Of a stretch of DNA of 64,000 bases, positions 37,352 to 48,500 are shown piece after piece. The position numbers and the translations under genes were made by a program. Within the stretch, counting starts at the first letter, position 1. Each line of letters starts with the position of its first letter. Source of the stretch: a virus. Its lineage: Duplodnaviria; Heunggongvirae; Uroviricota; Caudoviricetes. The notes beneath the pieces were generated by a model. That model made no database searches. It was not told where the DNA came from and worked only from the letters and a program-made list of their open reading frames with translations. The stretch spans positions 104,697 through 168,696 of the IMG/VR virus record IMGVR_UViG_3300017792_000001; one strand, 5' to 3'.

Positions 37352-38992
37352 TTAGTTCTCGTCGAAATACGTGCCGGTCGGCATGATGTGGGAAGTAACG
37401 TGGATGCGCTTCGCCGGGATTACCGGGTCAACGTAAACGTCGAGCACCAAGTCACCGTTGGCAATGTCATCCGCCTTGTTGTTACGGGTATCGCAAACTG
37501 CTTCGAAGGCGTACAGCCCACGACCAGCTTTGATCGGCCGCAGGAAGTCACCGCAGATGTTGACCAGAGTCAGCTGGGTGTAGCGGTCGTTCGGGTTGAA
37601 GTTCTCGACAGCACACGCACTGGCCAGGGACTTCTTGATGAAGTTGACCAGACGACGAACGTTGATGTTGCTGAACGCCGACGCTTGGGCTTGCAGAGTT
37701 TCCTGACCCATGATCGCATAACCACGGCCCGGCATGTAGCGGATCGGGTTGATGTGGCCGAGGTCGAGAGCGTCACGCGCACCTTGGTTGTACTTCTTGC
37801 GAACGTCCAGGACTTTAACCTGACCACGCGACAGACCGGCAGGGGCGAACCACACAGCGCGGTTGTAGTCGGTGTATGCCATTGCAGCGCACACATGACC
37901 AGACGGCGGAATGAAGATGTCCTTGTCGTTGTACGTGTCACGGATCTTCAGGAACGGAGTGTAGATCGCGCCGTAGCTGGAGTTCACGTTCAACGTGTTC
38001 GTGGCGTAGTTGACGGCCAGCGCTGCTTCGGCATTGGCATCTGGCATATCGAGGACAGCCAGTGCGTCTGCACGGTTTTCGCAGATGCTGATCATCTTGC
38101 GTTGCAGGATCGGAGTCGTGTAACCCGAGTTCATCAGGATGTTCACGTCAACGATTTCAGGGTCGGAGTATTCTTCCCACGCTGCGATCAGTTGCGCTTC
38201 GTTCGGGCGAGTGCCGTCAGTGCCGCCTTTCAGGAACTCGAAGGCTTCTTTCTTCACCTTCACCAGAGGGCACAGCGAGTTGTTCTTCACTCGGATGTAC
38301 TTGGAGAAGTTGTTGATGGCATCTTCGATGAACATCTGGCCGCCGTCACCATTCAGCTCGTATTTACGGCTGACGAAAAAGGTTTCGATCGGGCGAGAGT
38401 TGGCGTTCTTGAAGTCGAGGTACACATCGACATAGAACTGGTACGGGTCGTAGTGACGTTCATCACTGATGTCCACGCCAGCAGGGCACGAAGGCCGCAC
38501 TTTGATGGAGATACGGTCGTTCCAGACGCCGGGGTTTTGTGCGCAGAAATATGCGAGGGCTTGCTCGACGCCGGGCTCAGTAGCCACGAAACCCAAAGTG
38601 TTGAGTGGGTCGTAAACGCCGCGAGGTACGTTGGTGCCGTCATCGAACACGGTCAAACGCACTTCAGGAATGAGAGCGGAGGGATCGTCTACCGTGAAGT
38701 AGGCGCCGGCAGTCAGTGCATCTTTGCTGACCACGCGAACGAACTTCAGGCGTTTGGTTTGGGCGAGTGCTTGCTCGGCGCAATACAGCGAGAAGCCGTA
38801 CTTCTGCGCATTCGGAGTACCGAACTTCTCACGCAGGTCTTCGCGGTCGAACAGGTCGGTAACAACACCGACTGGCCCCATTGGTGCTTCGCCTACGGTA
38901 CCGACAATCGAGGTAGACGCCGCAGTTGCCCGCGTCGACATGTCGATTTCGTTCGTATATACCCCAGCGCTAGGGTGAACTTTACTGACCAT
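37352..38992 (-). CDS. Contractile tail sheath protein
   Basis: HPSAGVYTNEID, NPGVWN, PPSGHV, VWFAPAGLSRG and INVRRL motifs. Confidence 0.97.
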   Translation of the reverse strand: MVSKVHPSAGVYTNEIDMSTRATAASTSIVGTVGEAPMGPVGVVTDLFDREDLREKFGTPNAQKYGFSLYCAEQALAQTKRLKFVRVVSKDALTAGAYFTVDDPSALIPEVRLTVFDDGTNVPRGVYDPLNTLGFVATEPGVEQALAYFCAQNPGVWNDRISIKVRPSCPAGVDISDERHYDPYQFYVDVYLDFKNANSRPIETFFVSRKYELNGDGGQMFIEDAINNFSKYIRVKNNSLCPLVKVKKEAFEFLKGGTDGTRPNEAQLIAAWEEYSDPEIVDVNILMNSGYTTPILQRKMISICENRADALAVLDMPDANAEAALAVNYATNTLNVNSSYGAIYTPFLKIRDTYNDKDIFIPPSGHVCAAMAYTDYNRAVWFAPAGLSRGQVKVLDVRKKYNQGARDALDLGHINPIRYMPGRGYAIMGQETLQAQASAFSNINVRRLVNFIKKSLASACAVENFNPNDRYTQLTLVNICGDFLRPIKAGRGLYAFEAVCDTRNNKADDIANGDLVLDVYVDPVIPAKRIHVTSHIMPTGTYFDEN

Positions 38993-39082
38993 GTGTGGTC
39001 TCCGTCAACAGTTTCAATATGTAGTTGGTATGGAAACATTGGACAATCGTCCAGGCGAAAACCTTGACTGACATTGTTCAAG

Positions 39083-39089
39083 TAAATTA
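39083..39089 (-). promoter_or_regulatory. TAATTTA candidate late promoter upstream of the sheath gene
   Basis: Intergenic, between a terminator and the sheath start. Confidence 0.55.
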
Positions 39090-39118
39090 GCACACCAAAC
39101 ACCATTGTACGGTTGCGG

Positions 39119-39150
39119 AAACGAAAACAGGGCCTCTAGAGGGCCCCGTT
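39119..39150 (-). terminator. Intrinsic terminator ending the replication operon
   Basis: ACGGGGCC-CTCTAGA-GGCCCTGT-TTTCGTTT. Confidence 0.75.
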
Positions 39151-39151
39151 C

Positions 39152-40021
39152 CTATTCATCATCTTTGTCATTACCAACGGAGCGATACTCCGCTAATTCT
39201 GGATCGTCATCGTCGGCTACCCACCGATCATAGTCCTGAGCGATTTCCTCGTCTTCCTCTGCACGACTGCGCGCTTCTTCAACGGCCGTATTCAGGTCAT
39301 GCAGGGTATCGTCAACATCCGTGAGTTGGTCGATCATTGCCTGCAGTTTATCCACATGCTCCTGCAAGAAGATGCCGAAGTGTTGCGTGGCGAGACTGTA
39401 TTGCTGCTGGTTGTGGGAGTAGAGCACCGTGTAAAGCCGATGCATCCGCAAACCCTTGATGTCGAGTTGCAGGTTCGCATACTGGTTCTGGATGCGCGCT
39501 ACGTCTGCCTGATCGAGTTTATCCAGTTCATCACGGTAGTAACAAACCCGGATATGCGTGAGCTCCAGAGTGTCGTAATCCCGTTGCTCGTAGGCTTTCT
39601 GGGCGTCGTCGAAACATTCCCGCAGCTTGAGCACCGTGATACGATTGAACTTCTTGCACTTGTCAGGGTGACACAGCTGGTTGATCTTGCGGAACAGTTG
39701 CCGGATTGTGTACTGCAACCGATCACTGGATTCAACCGGCGCAAACCCATCAGGCTTGGTCTGTTGGCTTTCACGGAACCGACGAATATCGTCCGCAATG
39801 GACAGCATATCCTTTTGGTTCATCAACTCCTTGCCAGGCTCTTTGTCATGGCGCGGTGCCGACTCGAAGCCGCCTTGCAGTGTGTTGAGTTGCTGGTTCA
39901 AGCCATCAATGAGTCCGCCCTGAATTGGAAAGTATGGCAGGTACTTCGCATACATAGTCTCCATTTCAGCGTAGGTTTCTTTGATGTACTCGACCATTTC
40001 GTCGATTTCGTCTAGGAGCAT
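39152..40021 (-). CDS. J-domain (DnaJ-like) protein
   Basis: LFRKINQLCHPDK: HPD motif in helical context; acidic tail. Confidence 0.7.
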   Translation of the reverse strand: MLLDEIDEMVEYIKETYAEMETMYAKYLPYFPIQGGLIDGLNQQLNTLQGGFESAPRHDKEPGKELMNQKDMLSIADDIRRFRESQQTKPDGFAPVESSDRLQYTIRQLFRKINQLCHPDKCKKFNRITVLKLRECFDDAQKAYEQRDYDTLELTHIRVCYYRDELDKLDQADVARIQNQYANLQLDIKGLRMHRLYTVLYSHNQQQYSLATQHFGIFLQEHVDKLQAMIDQLTDVDDTLHDLNTAVEEARSRAEEDEEIAQDYDRWVADDDDPELAEYRSVGNDKDDE

Positions 40022-40022
40022 A

Positions 40023-40808
40023 TCAGATGTCCATGATTGAGGCTTTCTGCTCCGCCGTCAGATAGAAGGCGTACTTGAGCGGAAGGCGAACGTGCTCGGC
40101 AAAGAAGGTCACTGGGTCAATGCCATTGACGATCACGATCTTGGGAATGTGGTTGAATTTCACCAGCAAGTCACGGAGCTTTTCGAGCTTCACGCGGCTA
40201 CTGTCTACCCCGACGTTATCAATGATCAACATCGAGAATGGTTCTGGTTCTCGGCTGTCGCGCACTGGATCCCAGCTACTGCCCATGAGCGAGTGCCAGA
40301 ATGGATATGCACGACCACGACCTGCTTGACCTGCAATCTGCTGATCAATGGCAGCGTTCATGAAGTTGGCGGCAAGGAGTTGCGCACGAACATCAGACGG
40401 GTAACTGCCAATAGCCATGGTGTAACTACCAGTGAGCGGATGACTCATGGCTTTCTCGATGTTGTTGAGTTGCTTCTTGATCGAGATACTGCGGAGTACG
40501 AAACCTTCGGGCAACCAAGTGATGGAAGACTTGGCTAACTCGACTTGGTTGTTCTTCACCAGAGCGTCCATGTTGCGCACTACTGGTTTGATACGGACCA
40601 AGGCGTCTTCCAACTTGAAGGGGTTACGTGCAAGACTAAACACGTAACCAGAAACACCGCGGCTTTTCATCAGCTTGACGCGGTTGGAATCCCATTTGAA
40701 GTCCAGCGGAATGTCTTCATCGGTCATCGCGGTACGTGATCGTTTGGCACGCGGATCCACGTGTTGCAACTCGCTGTCCAACTTCTTCAAAAAATCTTTT
40801 CTGGGCAT
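40023..40808 (-). CDS. Hypothetical protein, possibly a degenerate DnaC-like P-loop fold
   Basis: Walker-B-like LIIDN; no intact Walker A. Confidence 0.4.
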   Translation of the reverse strand: MPRKDFLKKLDSELQHVDPRAKRSRTAMTDEDIPLDFKWDSNRVKLMKSRGVSGYVFSLARNPFKLEDALVRIKPVVRNMDALVKNNQVELAKSSITWLPEGFVLRSISIKKQLNNIEKAMSHPLTGSYTMAIGSYPSDVRAQLLAANFMNAAIDQQIAGQAGRGRAYPFWHSLMGSSWDPVRDSREPEPFSMLIIDNVGVDSSRVKLEKLRDLLVKFNHIPKIVIVNGIDPVTFFAEHVRLPLKYAFYLTAEQKASIMDI

Positions 40809-41145
40809 AGTCGTGGGATCTTATGATGTGCAGTTCATCGGCATCCAACATCGGCTCAAGATAACGCAGATGGGCTGGACGAACAGGGCAGAATACTATC
40901 TGTGGTCTGTTTACACTCTTGGCATACTCGGCAGGTGTCATCACATTCAAATACCTGCCCCGCAAGTAGTCGAACAGTGCTTCCCTTGAAGCTCTGGTTT
41001 CAGTCACCCAGACTGCCTGCTTCTCGACTGCCATTTCTACCAGACGTCGCCAGACAGGCCAACGACAGCAATGCGCATGGAGAAACTTGTTGATGATTGC
41101 GAACTGCTGTCTTTCCGTAGAAGCTGGATAGACCTGATTGCCCAT
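40717..41145 (-). CDS. Hypothetical protein
   Basis: Fills the gap between genes but overlaps the next by 92 nt; start uncertain. Confidence 0.4.
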   Translation of the reverse strand: MGNQVYPASTERQQFAIINKFLHAHCCRWPVWRRLVEMAVEKQAVWVTETRASREALFDYLRGRYLNVMTPAEYAKSVNRPQIVFCPVRPAHLRYLEPMLDADELHIIRSHDYAQKRFFEEVGQRVATRGSACQTITYRDDR

Positions 41146-41173
41146 GGTCTGATTGAACTCATGGACGTGGAGT

Positions 41174-42775
41174 TTAAGAGCCGAACGGGCGTCCAAGGTT
41201 CTTGACTCGGGTTGCTTTGCTGTCGTCCATAAAGGCGTCAGTTTCGGCTCCGCGTCCACCGCCTCGTCGGCTGTTGTGTTTATCCATGAGTGCGAGTGCT
41301 CTTTCATGGGCGACATCCGTTGGTTTGTGTTTGAACTTCATGGACTGCTTGTAGGTAGCGACGAAGCAACCGAGAGGCATGCCAAGATTCTCGTCAACGA
41401 AGAACCGAATACCCGGTGGACGCTTACCTTCAAACGGTGTGAGGATACGAGACGACTCCTGCTTCCAGTTTGGTTCGTTGTTGATCGGCATGACGCAGTA
41501 GATCATCGACCAGCGAGGCACGTTCAAGCCGCGTTGCATCAGGGATCGAATACCAATCACCACACGAATCTTACCAGACTTGGCATCGTCGAGTACGGCT
41601 TTACGACGGGCGATGTCTGCCTTGTTGGCTGCACCACCTGTGAACCCGTCTGCTACCTTGCGGCCGAACTGGTCGTTGATCATCTTCACCAGATCCCAGA
41701 CGTGCTCTTTGCGATACACAGGGATAACGATGTTGTGACCTTTCTCCAGATCTTTCAGGATCCAGTCAACGATGAACTGGTTGCGCTTCTTGTGCTTCGT
41801 CAGGAACGAGACACAGTTGGTGAAGCCTGCACGACCCATGTACTTGGCACGCGACTTGGTGAAGTCAAGCGGATGCACATAGATGTTGGCAACAAGCTGG
41901 GGAATGTCGATCAGTGCGGTGACTGGCCCCATGACCTGTTCAACGATCTTGTACTTGCCGTCTTTCCGGTCGTCAGTACCAGTTGCACCAATACGGATGC
42001 GACTGCGCAGGTTGTTCAGGATCTTCGAATACTCAAGCGCACCAGACGAATGCACTTCGTCCACGAACATGGTGCCGAAGTTCTTGTTGAGCAGTTTCAG
42101 GAGTTTCTTGCCGTTGTCAGACAGGAAGGTCTGGTACGTGCAGACGATGATTTCGAAGTTCTCGAAGTCTTCTGGCTTCTTACCGAAACCAAACAGCTTC
42201 TTCTTGTGCTTCTCTTGCAGGTCAGGTAGGTTCGTGAACTGTTCGACGTGATCGAGGAACTGCTCCAAGAACTCCTTCTGGTCTGCGATGATCGCGATGC
42301 GGTATTTCCACTGAGTCAGCCCAGTGTACAGCATGGTCGGAGTTTTACCACTTCGCGGTGGTGCTTTCAGGATGCCGAAGCCCCGCTTACCCAGCTTCTT
42401 GACTGCTGGTTCTTGATAGTCGTACGGATTGAAGTCGACCATCTTGACTGGATAACGTCGTTTGGCACGTGTGCGCAAATCGACAACGCCAAGCTCACTC
42501 GGCACAATGTCGAATGTCTTGGCGATTTCTTTACGGTCCCCAAGCGGGAAGCCGAAATATTCGATGTCGTCTACGATCAGGCGAGACACTGTGGCGTTCT
42601 GGCCAAGGAAGAACTCGCACTTATTGCAGACGTAGTTGTGGCGGTCGCGGAGATTAGGGCACTTACGGCACATTGCTTCGTCATAGAAACGGTGACGATA
42701 GCGCTTCATCACCTTCTTTTCGTCCACTAAGTGAACAGGAACGAACATGCGTTCCCGGACAATAATCTCACCCAT
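41174..42775 (-). CDS. Superfamily II DNA/RNA helicase (UvsW-like) with an N-terminal Cys cluster
   Basis: PPRSGKT, VDEVH, GATGT, QRGLNVP and QESSRILT motifs; CRKC..CNKC. Confidence 0.92.
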   Translation of the reverse strand: MGEIIVRERMFVPVHLVDEKKVMKRYRHRFYDEAMCRKCPNLRDRHNYVCNKCEFFLGQNATVSRLIVDDIEYFGFPLGDRKEIAKTFDIVPSELGVVDLRTRAKRRYPVKMVDFNPYDYQEPAVKKLGKRGFGILKAPPRSGKTPTMLYTGLTQWKYRIAIIADQKEFLEQFLDHVEQFTNLPDLQEKHKKKLFGFGKKPEDFENFEIIVCTYQTFLSDNGKKLLKLLNKNFGTMFVDEVHSSGALEYSKILNNLRSRIRIGATGTDDRKDGKYKIVEQVMGPVTALIDIPQLVANIYVHPLDFTKSRAKYMGRAGFTNCVSFLTKHKKRNQFIVDWILKDLEKGHNIVIPVYRKEHVWDLVKMINDQFGRKVADGFTGGAANKADIARRKAVLDDAKSGKIRVVIGIRSLMQRGLNVPRWSMIYCVMPINNEPNWKQESSRILTPFEGKRPPGIRFFVDENLGMPLGCFVATYKQSMKFKHKPTDVAHERALALMDKHNSRRGGGRGAETDAFMDDSKATRVKNLGRPFGS

Positions 42776-42776
42776 G

Positions 42777-43304
42777 TTAGAGGGACTCTGGTTTGCCGAG
42801 CAGCTTGATGAACTCGATCAGGTTATTAAAGGTGTAGCCAGCTTTGTCGATGTCGTCAATGATGAATTTACAGTGTTCCTTCAACTGTTCAACTTTGTGG
42901 ATGTGACGGAAGAATGGGCGCAACACATTCTCCATGAATTGCTGCCGCTCATGCTTGGTGCCGCCAATGCGCTTGCTGTACTCAAGCAACAGGTAGTCAC
43001 GGAGGTTTGTGAGCGTCTCGGTGAACGTACCAGTGATTGGCACAGTAGCAGCCATAATCTCCGCACAGCGCGAACGATACTGCTGGTCTTGCAGCTTGGC
43101 GTCCATCGCAGCTTCGGTGAAGCGCTTGTCGCGGCGACTGAGACTACGCACCGAACGAGTCTTCTGCATACGAGTCAGTTCCTCGTGCAAGTCCTCGAAC
43201 GGGAGTTTCAGGTTCGGATTCTTGTCCACGGACCGCTTGAACGCCTTGTACTTGTCGTCAGCTTTCACAAGGCGTCGGATATGATCGAGCTTTTCCCTAT
43301 CCAT
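42777..43304 (-). CDS. Hypothetical helical protein
   Basis: Translationally coupled ORF in the replication operon. Confidence 0.65.
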   Translation of the reverse strand: MDREKLDHIRRLVKADDKYKAFKRSVDKNPNLKLPFEDLHEELTRMQKTRSVRSLSRRDKRFTEAAMDAKLQDQQYRSRCAEIMAATVPITGTFTETLTNLRDYLLLEYSKRIGGTKHERQQFMENVLRPFFRHIHKVEQLKEHCKFIIDDIDKAGYTFNNLIEFIKLLGKPESL

Positions 43305-43741
43305 TATGTTTCCCGGACAATGTAGTCACTTTTCTCGTTACCTGCACTAACCACCAGCAAGGTACCAGACGTGCTCTTATAGAAAAGCAGCTTGGTCTTC
43401 TCGCTACTGATTGTCAGGGCCTCGAAGTTGTATGCCTCGCGGACATTGCAGCGCACGATCATCCGGTTGTCCACAATCTCCAGCTTCGACTCATCCAGCA
43501 CGAACAGGTAGCCATAGACAGTGCCTCGTCGATTGACGAAGTTGTACATGGTGCAGAACCTGTTCAGCACATTCGGTTTCGTATGGTCGATACGCAGGAG
43601 CGTTTGGACAACAGGACGAAAGTAGACGGCCACATGGTAGCCGTCATGCGCGTGACCCAGTCTTTCGAATGAGTTCACGCTCTTACTCGTTACTTCGACT
43701 TCATCTGCGAGGCTAAAGATCAGGCTCACATCATTCGTCAT
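43304..43741 (-). CDS. Hypothetical protein
   Basis: Coupled ORF, 145 aa. Confidence 0.65.
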   Translation of the reverse strand: MTNDVSLIFSLADEVEVTSKSVNSFERLGHAHDGYHVAVYFRPVVQTLLRIDHTKPNVLNRFCTMYNFVNRRGTVYGYLFVLDESKLEIVDNRMIVRCNVREAYNFEALTISSEKTKLLFYKSTSGTLLVVSAGNEKSDYIVRET

Positions 43742-44876
43742 AGAAGGTACCGATCTGCGTCAGGCGCGCCGACTTGGATTGAGTCGAGACGATACGGAAG
43801 CAGGAGCTTGCACCCTTGGCGCCGCCGAAGAATTCCATCGGCACTTCCTTACCGCTCACCTTCTTGAACAAGTCGTTGAAGATGCGTGGGTCGATATGCA
43901 CGGAGCGCACTTCGCCTTTCACTTCGGCTTTGAATGCGTCGCTCACCGAACCAGACTTGGTGCTCATGTTCACCTTGACGCCCTTGCTGGTCACGTCGAA
44001 GGTCATGCGCGTATCTTCGGTGGTGATCGCAAACATATTCTCGACGGTCTTCATCGCTTCTGGGTTGAACTTGATGATCGTCTTCGGGTTTTTCAGGCTG
44101 CCGAGATACTGGCCCACCACGTCAAACATTTCGTCTTCGACCTGAGTTTCTGGTAGCGATACGACGTAACCATCGCCACGAACGCAGAGCTGGGTACCGT
44201 CGAGTGAGAACTGGGCGTCAGTGTCACCGATGAAACGGTCGATCAGGGAGAAGGTGCGAGTAGGGATTGCGAAGCGCAGTGCCACCTTCGATGCAGTCTT
44301 GTCCTGATAACGGCTGACGTGGTGGTTGTCAGCACACTCAACCACAACACCTTTCTCGCTGATCTTCACGTAGGCGAGGATCACCTCGTCGCTGTAGAAG
44401 TTGGTCAGCTCGGCAGCTTTGATGCCGGTACGGATTGCGCTGATCACATCCGACTTGAGCTTCTTGGCTTTGGTGGTTTCGAAAGCACGCTCGATGCGCA
44501 TGGTGTCTGCCTTTTCCAGCAGCACGATGTCGATGGTGGCGCTGTACTTGCCTTTGACCGCAGACAGGATCAGGTTCGACTTGTCGCCGCTGATGTTCAG
44601 TTCGTCACGACCTTTAATCAGGCCTTGAACGATCACTGGGTCAAACATCAACGCGCCATCTTTGTTGGCCGACTCGGTGGTGATCTGCACACAGGCGAAT
44701 GCGTCTGGTGTGATACCCGCGATGTAAGCCTTACCGTCGCTGACGATCATGGCGATCTGACGTTCGGTATCGAGGCAGTCCACGAATGAGGTGATCGACA
44801 GCACCTTGGCAATAGCGGCTTGCAGGTCCTTCACCTTGGCAACGAAAGACAGTTGTGGTTTGATCGAAATTTTCAT
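43731..44876 (-). CDS. Probable sliding clamp (DNA polymerase III beta-like)
   Basis: 381 aa with three repeated beta-alpha-beta units, near the polymerase; start moved to ATG 44876. Confidence 0.5.
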   Translation of the reverse strand: MKISIKPQLSFVAKVKDLQAAIAKVLSITSFVDCLDTERQIAMIVSDGKAYIAGITPDAFACVQITTESANKDGALMFDPVIVQGLIKGRDELNISGDKSNLILSAVKGKYSATIDIVLLEKADTMRIERAFETTKAKKLKSDVISAIRTGIKAAELTNFYSDEVILAYVKISEKGVVVECADNHHVSRYQDKTASKVALRFAIPTRTFSLIDRFIGDTDAQFSLDGTQLCVRGDGYVVSLPETQVEDEMFDVVGQYLGSLKNPKTIIKFNPEAMKTVENMFAITTEDTRMTFDVTSKGVKVNMSTKSGSVSDAFKAEVKGEVRSVHIDPRIFNDLFKKVSGKEVPMEFFGGAKGASSCFRIVSTQSKSARLTQIGTFYDE

Positions 44877-44884
44877 GGTAGCCC

Positions 44885-45277
44885 TTAATGCAAGAAGACG
44901 CTGGCTATGCTCGCCAAGCACCGTTTATGTTTTGGAGTTATATCAACATGCAGTTCGAATGGCTCTGCGAGCATACACGCGCAACTGATGTCGTAGTCAA
45001 GTTCGTGAGGTGAATACTGCCGCTCTAAGTAATACTTTACGCTTATTGCGGCTTGCTTCAGGAGTTCGAAGTGCTGGTCCAGGATGTCACACCCATAGAC
45101 CAGTTGCACGTAGTAGCTGTTCCAGATCTGCACCAGGTCTGCTTCAATCTGATGCTGGTGATCTGTTATCTCACGATGCTTCCGAAGGAACCGAAGAAAG
45201 CTCGGCGTCGTCTTCACCACGAGTTTGTGGGGCGTTGGAGGTTCTGGCGAATACGCGACGTACATGACCACCGACAT
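44885..45277 (-). CDS. Hypothetical protein
   Basis: Stop abuts the RBS of the next gene; 5' end overlaps the upstream ORF. Confidence 0.4.
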   Translation of the reverse strand: MSVVMYVAYSPEPPTPHKLVVKTTPSFLRFLRKHREITDHQHQIEADLVQIWNSYYVQLVYGCDILDQHFELLKQAAISVKYYLERQYSPHELDYDISCACMLAEPFELHVDITPKHKRCLASIASVFLH

Positions 45278-45518
45278 TCTCCGTGATGATGCTGATACGA
45301 CAATCGGAATCACTCAGCACACCGTTGAGTATGCCGAGCGTACCGACCATGGAGATTGCAGGGTTAACGCCCATCAATTCGATAGGCGTTGCGTGCCCCA
45401 CAATATTTGCACACGGCACCATCACATCGAACAACGCCATGAGTCGTGGGTCGAGGGATACTGCTTCATTCAGCAGAGCGACAGTGTGGTCGATCAACTG
45501 AGCACCTAGTTCACTCAT
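45171..45518 (-). CDS. Hypothetical phage protein
   Basis: ATGA overlap with the polymerase stop. Confidence 0.55.
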   Translation of the reverse strand: MSELGAQLIDHTVALLNEAVSLDPRLMALFDVMVPCANIVGHATPIELMGVNPAISMVGTLGILNGVLSDSDCRISIITENVGGHVRRVFARTSNAPQTRGEDDAELSSVPSEAS

Positions 45519-48500
45519 GCTGCCTGCTTCCTTTTGACTTTGGATTCTTTGACCTTGGTCTTCTTGCCCGCCGACACGTTGTTGGAAGCAAGGAACATCT
45601 TGGCCTTCTTCGCATCAACACAGTCTTCTGGACGACGTGGGTCTTCCTTCATGCCTTTCATTTTGTAGCCGATGTTCCAGGCTTGCTTCTGTGCCCAGCT
45701 TGGCATTTCAGCATACTGGTTCTTCATGATGTCTTTGAACACGGCATCAACATCGAGGTCATGACCAAATTCTTCTTTCTGCTGCTTGAGCGCCATGTAG
45801 ACGATGTTCTCAAGGCTGCTGTCGCCAGGTTTCTTCTCACCGTTCGGCAGCTTGTTCTTCTTACCAGCACAGTTCTCTTTGAACGTCGGGTCTTCGGAAC
45901 GCAAGCTGTAATCCCACGCTGCGCAGTCACGGATGTTTGCGCCAACTTCGAAGTCGATTTCGAGGGGAACAGTGAATGCCATACCGTGGCGTTTGGTCAT
46001 CACATCCATCACACCGTAGGTCAGACCTTGTTCGATCAGACGAATGGCGAGCATCACGTCTTCATACGCAACCGAGAACTCCAAGCTATCGTGTACGGAG
46101 TTGGTCATGTAGAAGTCCGGGTAATGCTTGGTCTTCTTGTAGTGCGCGTACCGCAGTTGCTCGATCAGACGTGCACCAGAAACGAGGAAGTCAGAACCCA
46201 TACCTTGAATCGGGCTGTTTACCGCACGACGACCAGTTGCTGCATACACACCGTCATAGCCACGAGCTTCTTTCGGAATCAGGAAGCCCCACAGGTTACG
46301 ACGACGACCGAGCGGCGATTCAACAAACAGTTGCTTCGCGGCTTTCTTCTTGATCTTGTCGAACCAGCCAGCACCAACCGGGAAGCGTTTGAAGAACTTC
46401 GCGATCAGCTCTTTCAGGACTTCGACGGACTGGCCCGTAGACTTGGCAGAACCTTCGATACCCTGCTGGTAGATCAAACCGAACACAACCTGCTTAACGC
46501 TGTTACGTTTCGGCTTATCAACGTCCTTGATGTCCATACCGAAGAAGTATGCGGCGTTGATCTTGTGAACGTCCGCCTCGATGTCGATCTTCTCGGCAAG
46601 CTCGGCAGTCGGATACAGCTTGTACTGATTGCGCAGACGCAGACCGTGCCAGAACAGGTCAGCAACCTCGGTGTCACCAGTGATAATGGACCAACCACGA
46701 ACTTCGTGAGCCGCATAGTCGATCTTGAGAATCAGGCGTCCAGGCGCGGCAACGAACAGGCGTTTGATGATCTTGCCAAGGTCAGCACGTTCAGGGAACA
46801 GCGCCTTGATGTAATCACTGATGTCGTTACGCGACGGGATCTGGTGAAGCGACGGCTTGGTTGCAGATGTACGACCAGTCACAACTCGGAGGAACTGGAA
46901 GAACGGACGAATGCACATATCAAGCCGCATGTCCGTGTCAGAACCCCATTGCTTGATGAACGCTTTCACGTAGCTGGAGTAAATCTTCTTGACCTTCTGG
47001 AGCTCGTTATACAGCGCGACCTCCGGGACATCCGCATACTTCTTCTGGAAGTCCTTGTCGAGCTTGCCCTTGCCTTCTTTCTCGCCAGCCTTCGCTTTAC
47101 CGTGAGACATTGGTTTCAGCTTGAGCACGTCGAAGAACAGGAAGTTGAGGTGCTCCTTCTTCGCAATCTTGAACAGGTTCATCTTGGTACGACCCATCAG
47201 GCCGATCGCGGGAACCTTGGCATTCTTCATCATCTTGGCGTTAGCTTTCTGCACGCCAGGACTATCTTCAAACAGCTTGACGACTTCATCACGGTGCTTG
47301 AGGATCGGAGAGTCTTTCGACTTCAGGAAGAACAGCCAGTCGATGTCCGTTTTGCACCCGTTGATTTCAAGGCAACTGAACATGTGGATCATGTCACTGA
47401 TCTGCTCAGTCACCATCGACGTGTGCTTGGTGTAATTGAAGTCTTTGGCACGGCGCATCTGCAACTTGCGCACATGGTGCAGCGTGATCACGTCGAGAGC
47501 CATATACGTCAGCACTGGACCTTTCAGGTCTTCCTGCTCAATCGTCACGCGCTTCTCTTTACCGAAGTCGGACTCGTAATAGGCTTTGCAGCCGTACTGC
47601 ATGACGATGTTGTTCAGGCTGTAGTAGGTACCGCCAACGATACCTTCCAGAACCTTCATGTTCTCGTCAAGACAGAACTCACCAGCGAAAATATCCCATG
47701 TGCTGTTCTTGAAGTGACGCACGCCCAGATCAACACGAATACGGTTCAGGTCGAACACGGCGTTCGCGTAGATGTGGAGCTTGTTCTTGTTCTTGTACTC
47801 GAAGTACAGGCGCAGGCGCTTCTTTATGTACTTGAGTTCTTCGGCAAGCCACGGACTATCTTTGTGGGCTACCGGCAGGATGTACGCGACCTTCTCGTCG
47901 CACGCAAACTGGATGGTGAGCATCTTGTTGGTGATGCGCATCAGGTTCTTTGTTTCGGTGTCGATAGCCACGTTCTTCGCGTTCGTGATGTCTTCCATCA
48001 TCGCGTCAAACTTTTCGAGGTTATCGACCACACGGATCTTGTACTTCAAATCCGGGATCTTGTACCGCATGCAGCCAGGGTAATAGGCGTTCATCAAGTT
48101 GCGAGCCACATACCCGATCAGATACATCGGATCGCCTTTACCGACTGCACCGACCAGCGTGTTCAAACTGATGGTCGATACGTGGTTGAAGCTGTGGCTT
48201 TTCTTCTTGCTGGTCACGGTCGTTTCAATCGGCACGCCGTAGAAGTGCTCATAATGCACACCACGTTTACCGCGATACTTGGACTGGATCATTTCACCGT
48301 TGAGCGCTCGCATCGGATCAGGACCAAAGGTGATCACTGTATCTGGTTTGTACTCGGTGATGACGTGTTTCAGGCGCTGTGCAAACTCAGCCTTGGCATC
48401 TGCACGATCTTGCTCTGGCAGGCCGACGGTCTTGAAAGCATGGAACGAGATAGCAAGCCACGAATAGTCGGTGACATTGTGCTCGCTACCGTAGTAATCC

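Noticed and set aside
45171-45277. Overlap of more than 100 nt between two small ORFs as a recoding signal
   Set aside because: No slippery site or structure was seen; more likely an uncertain start codon.
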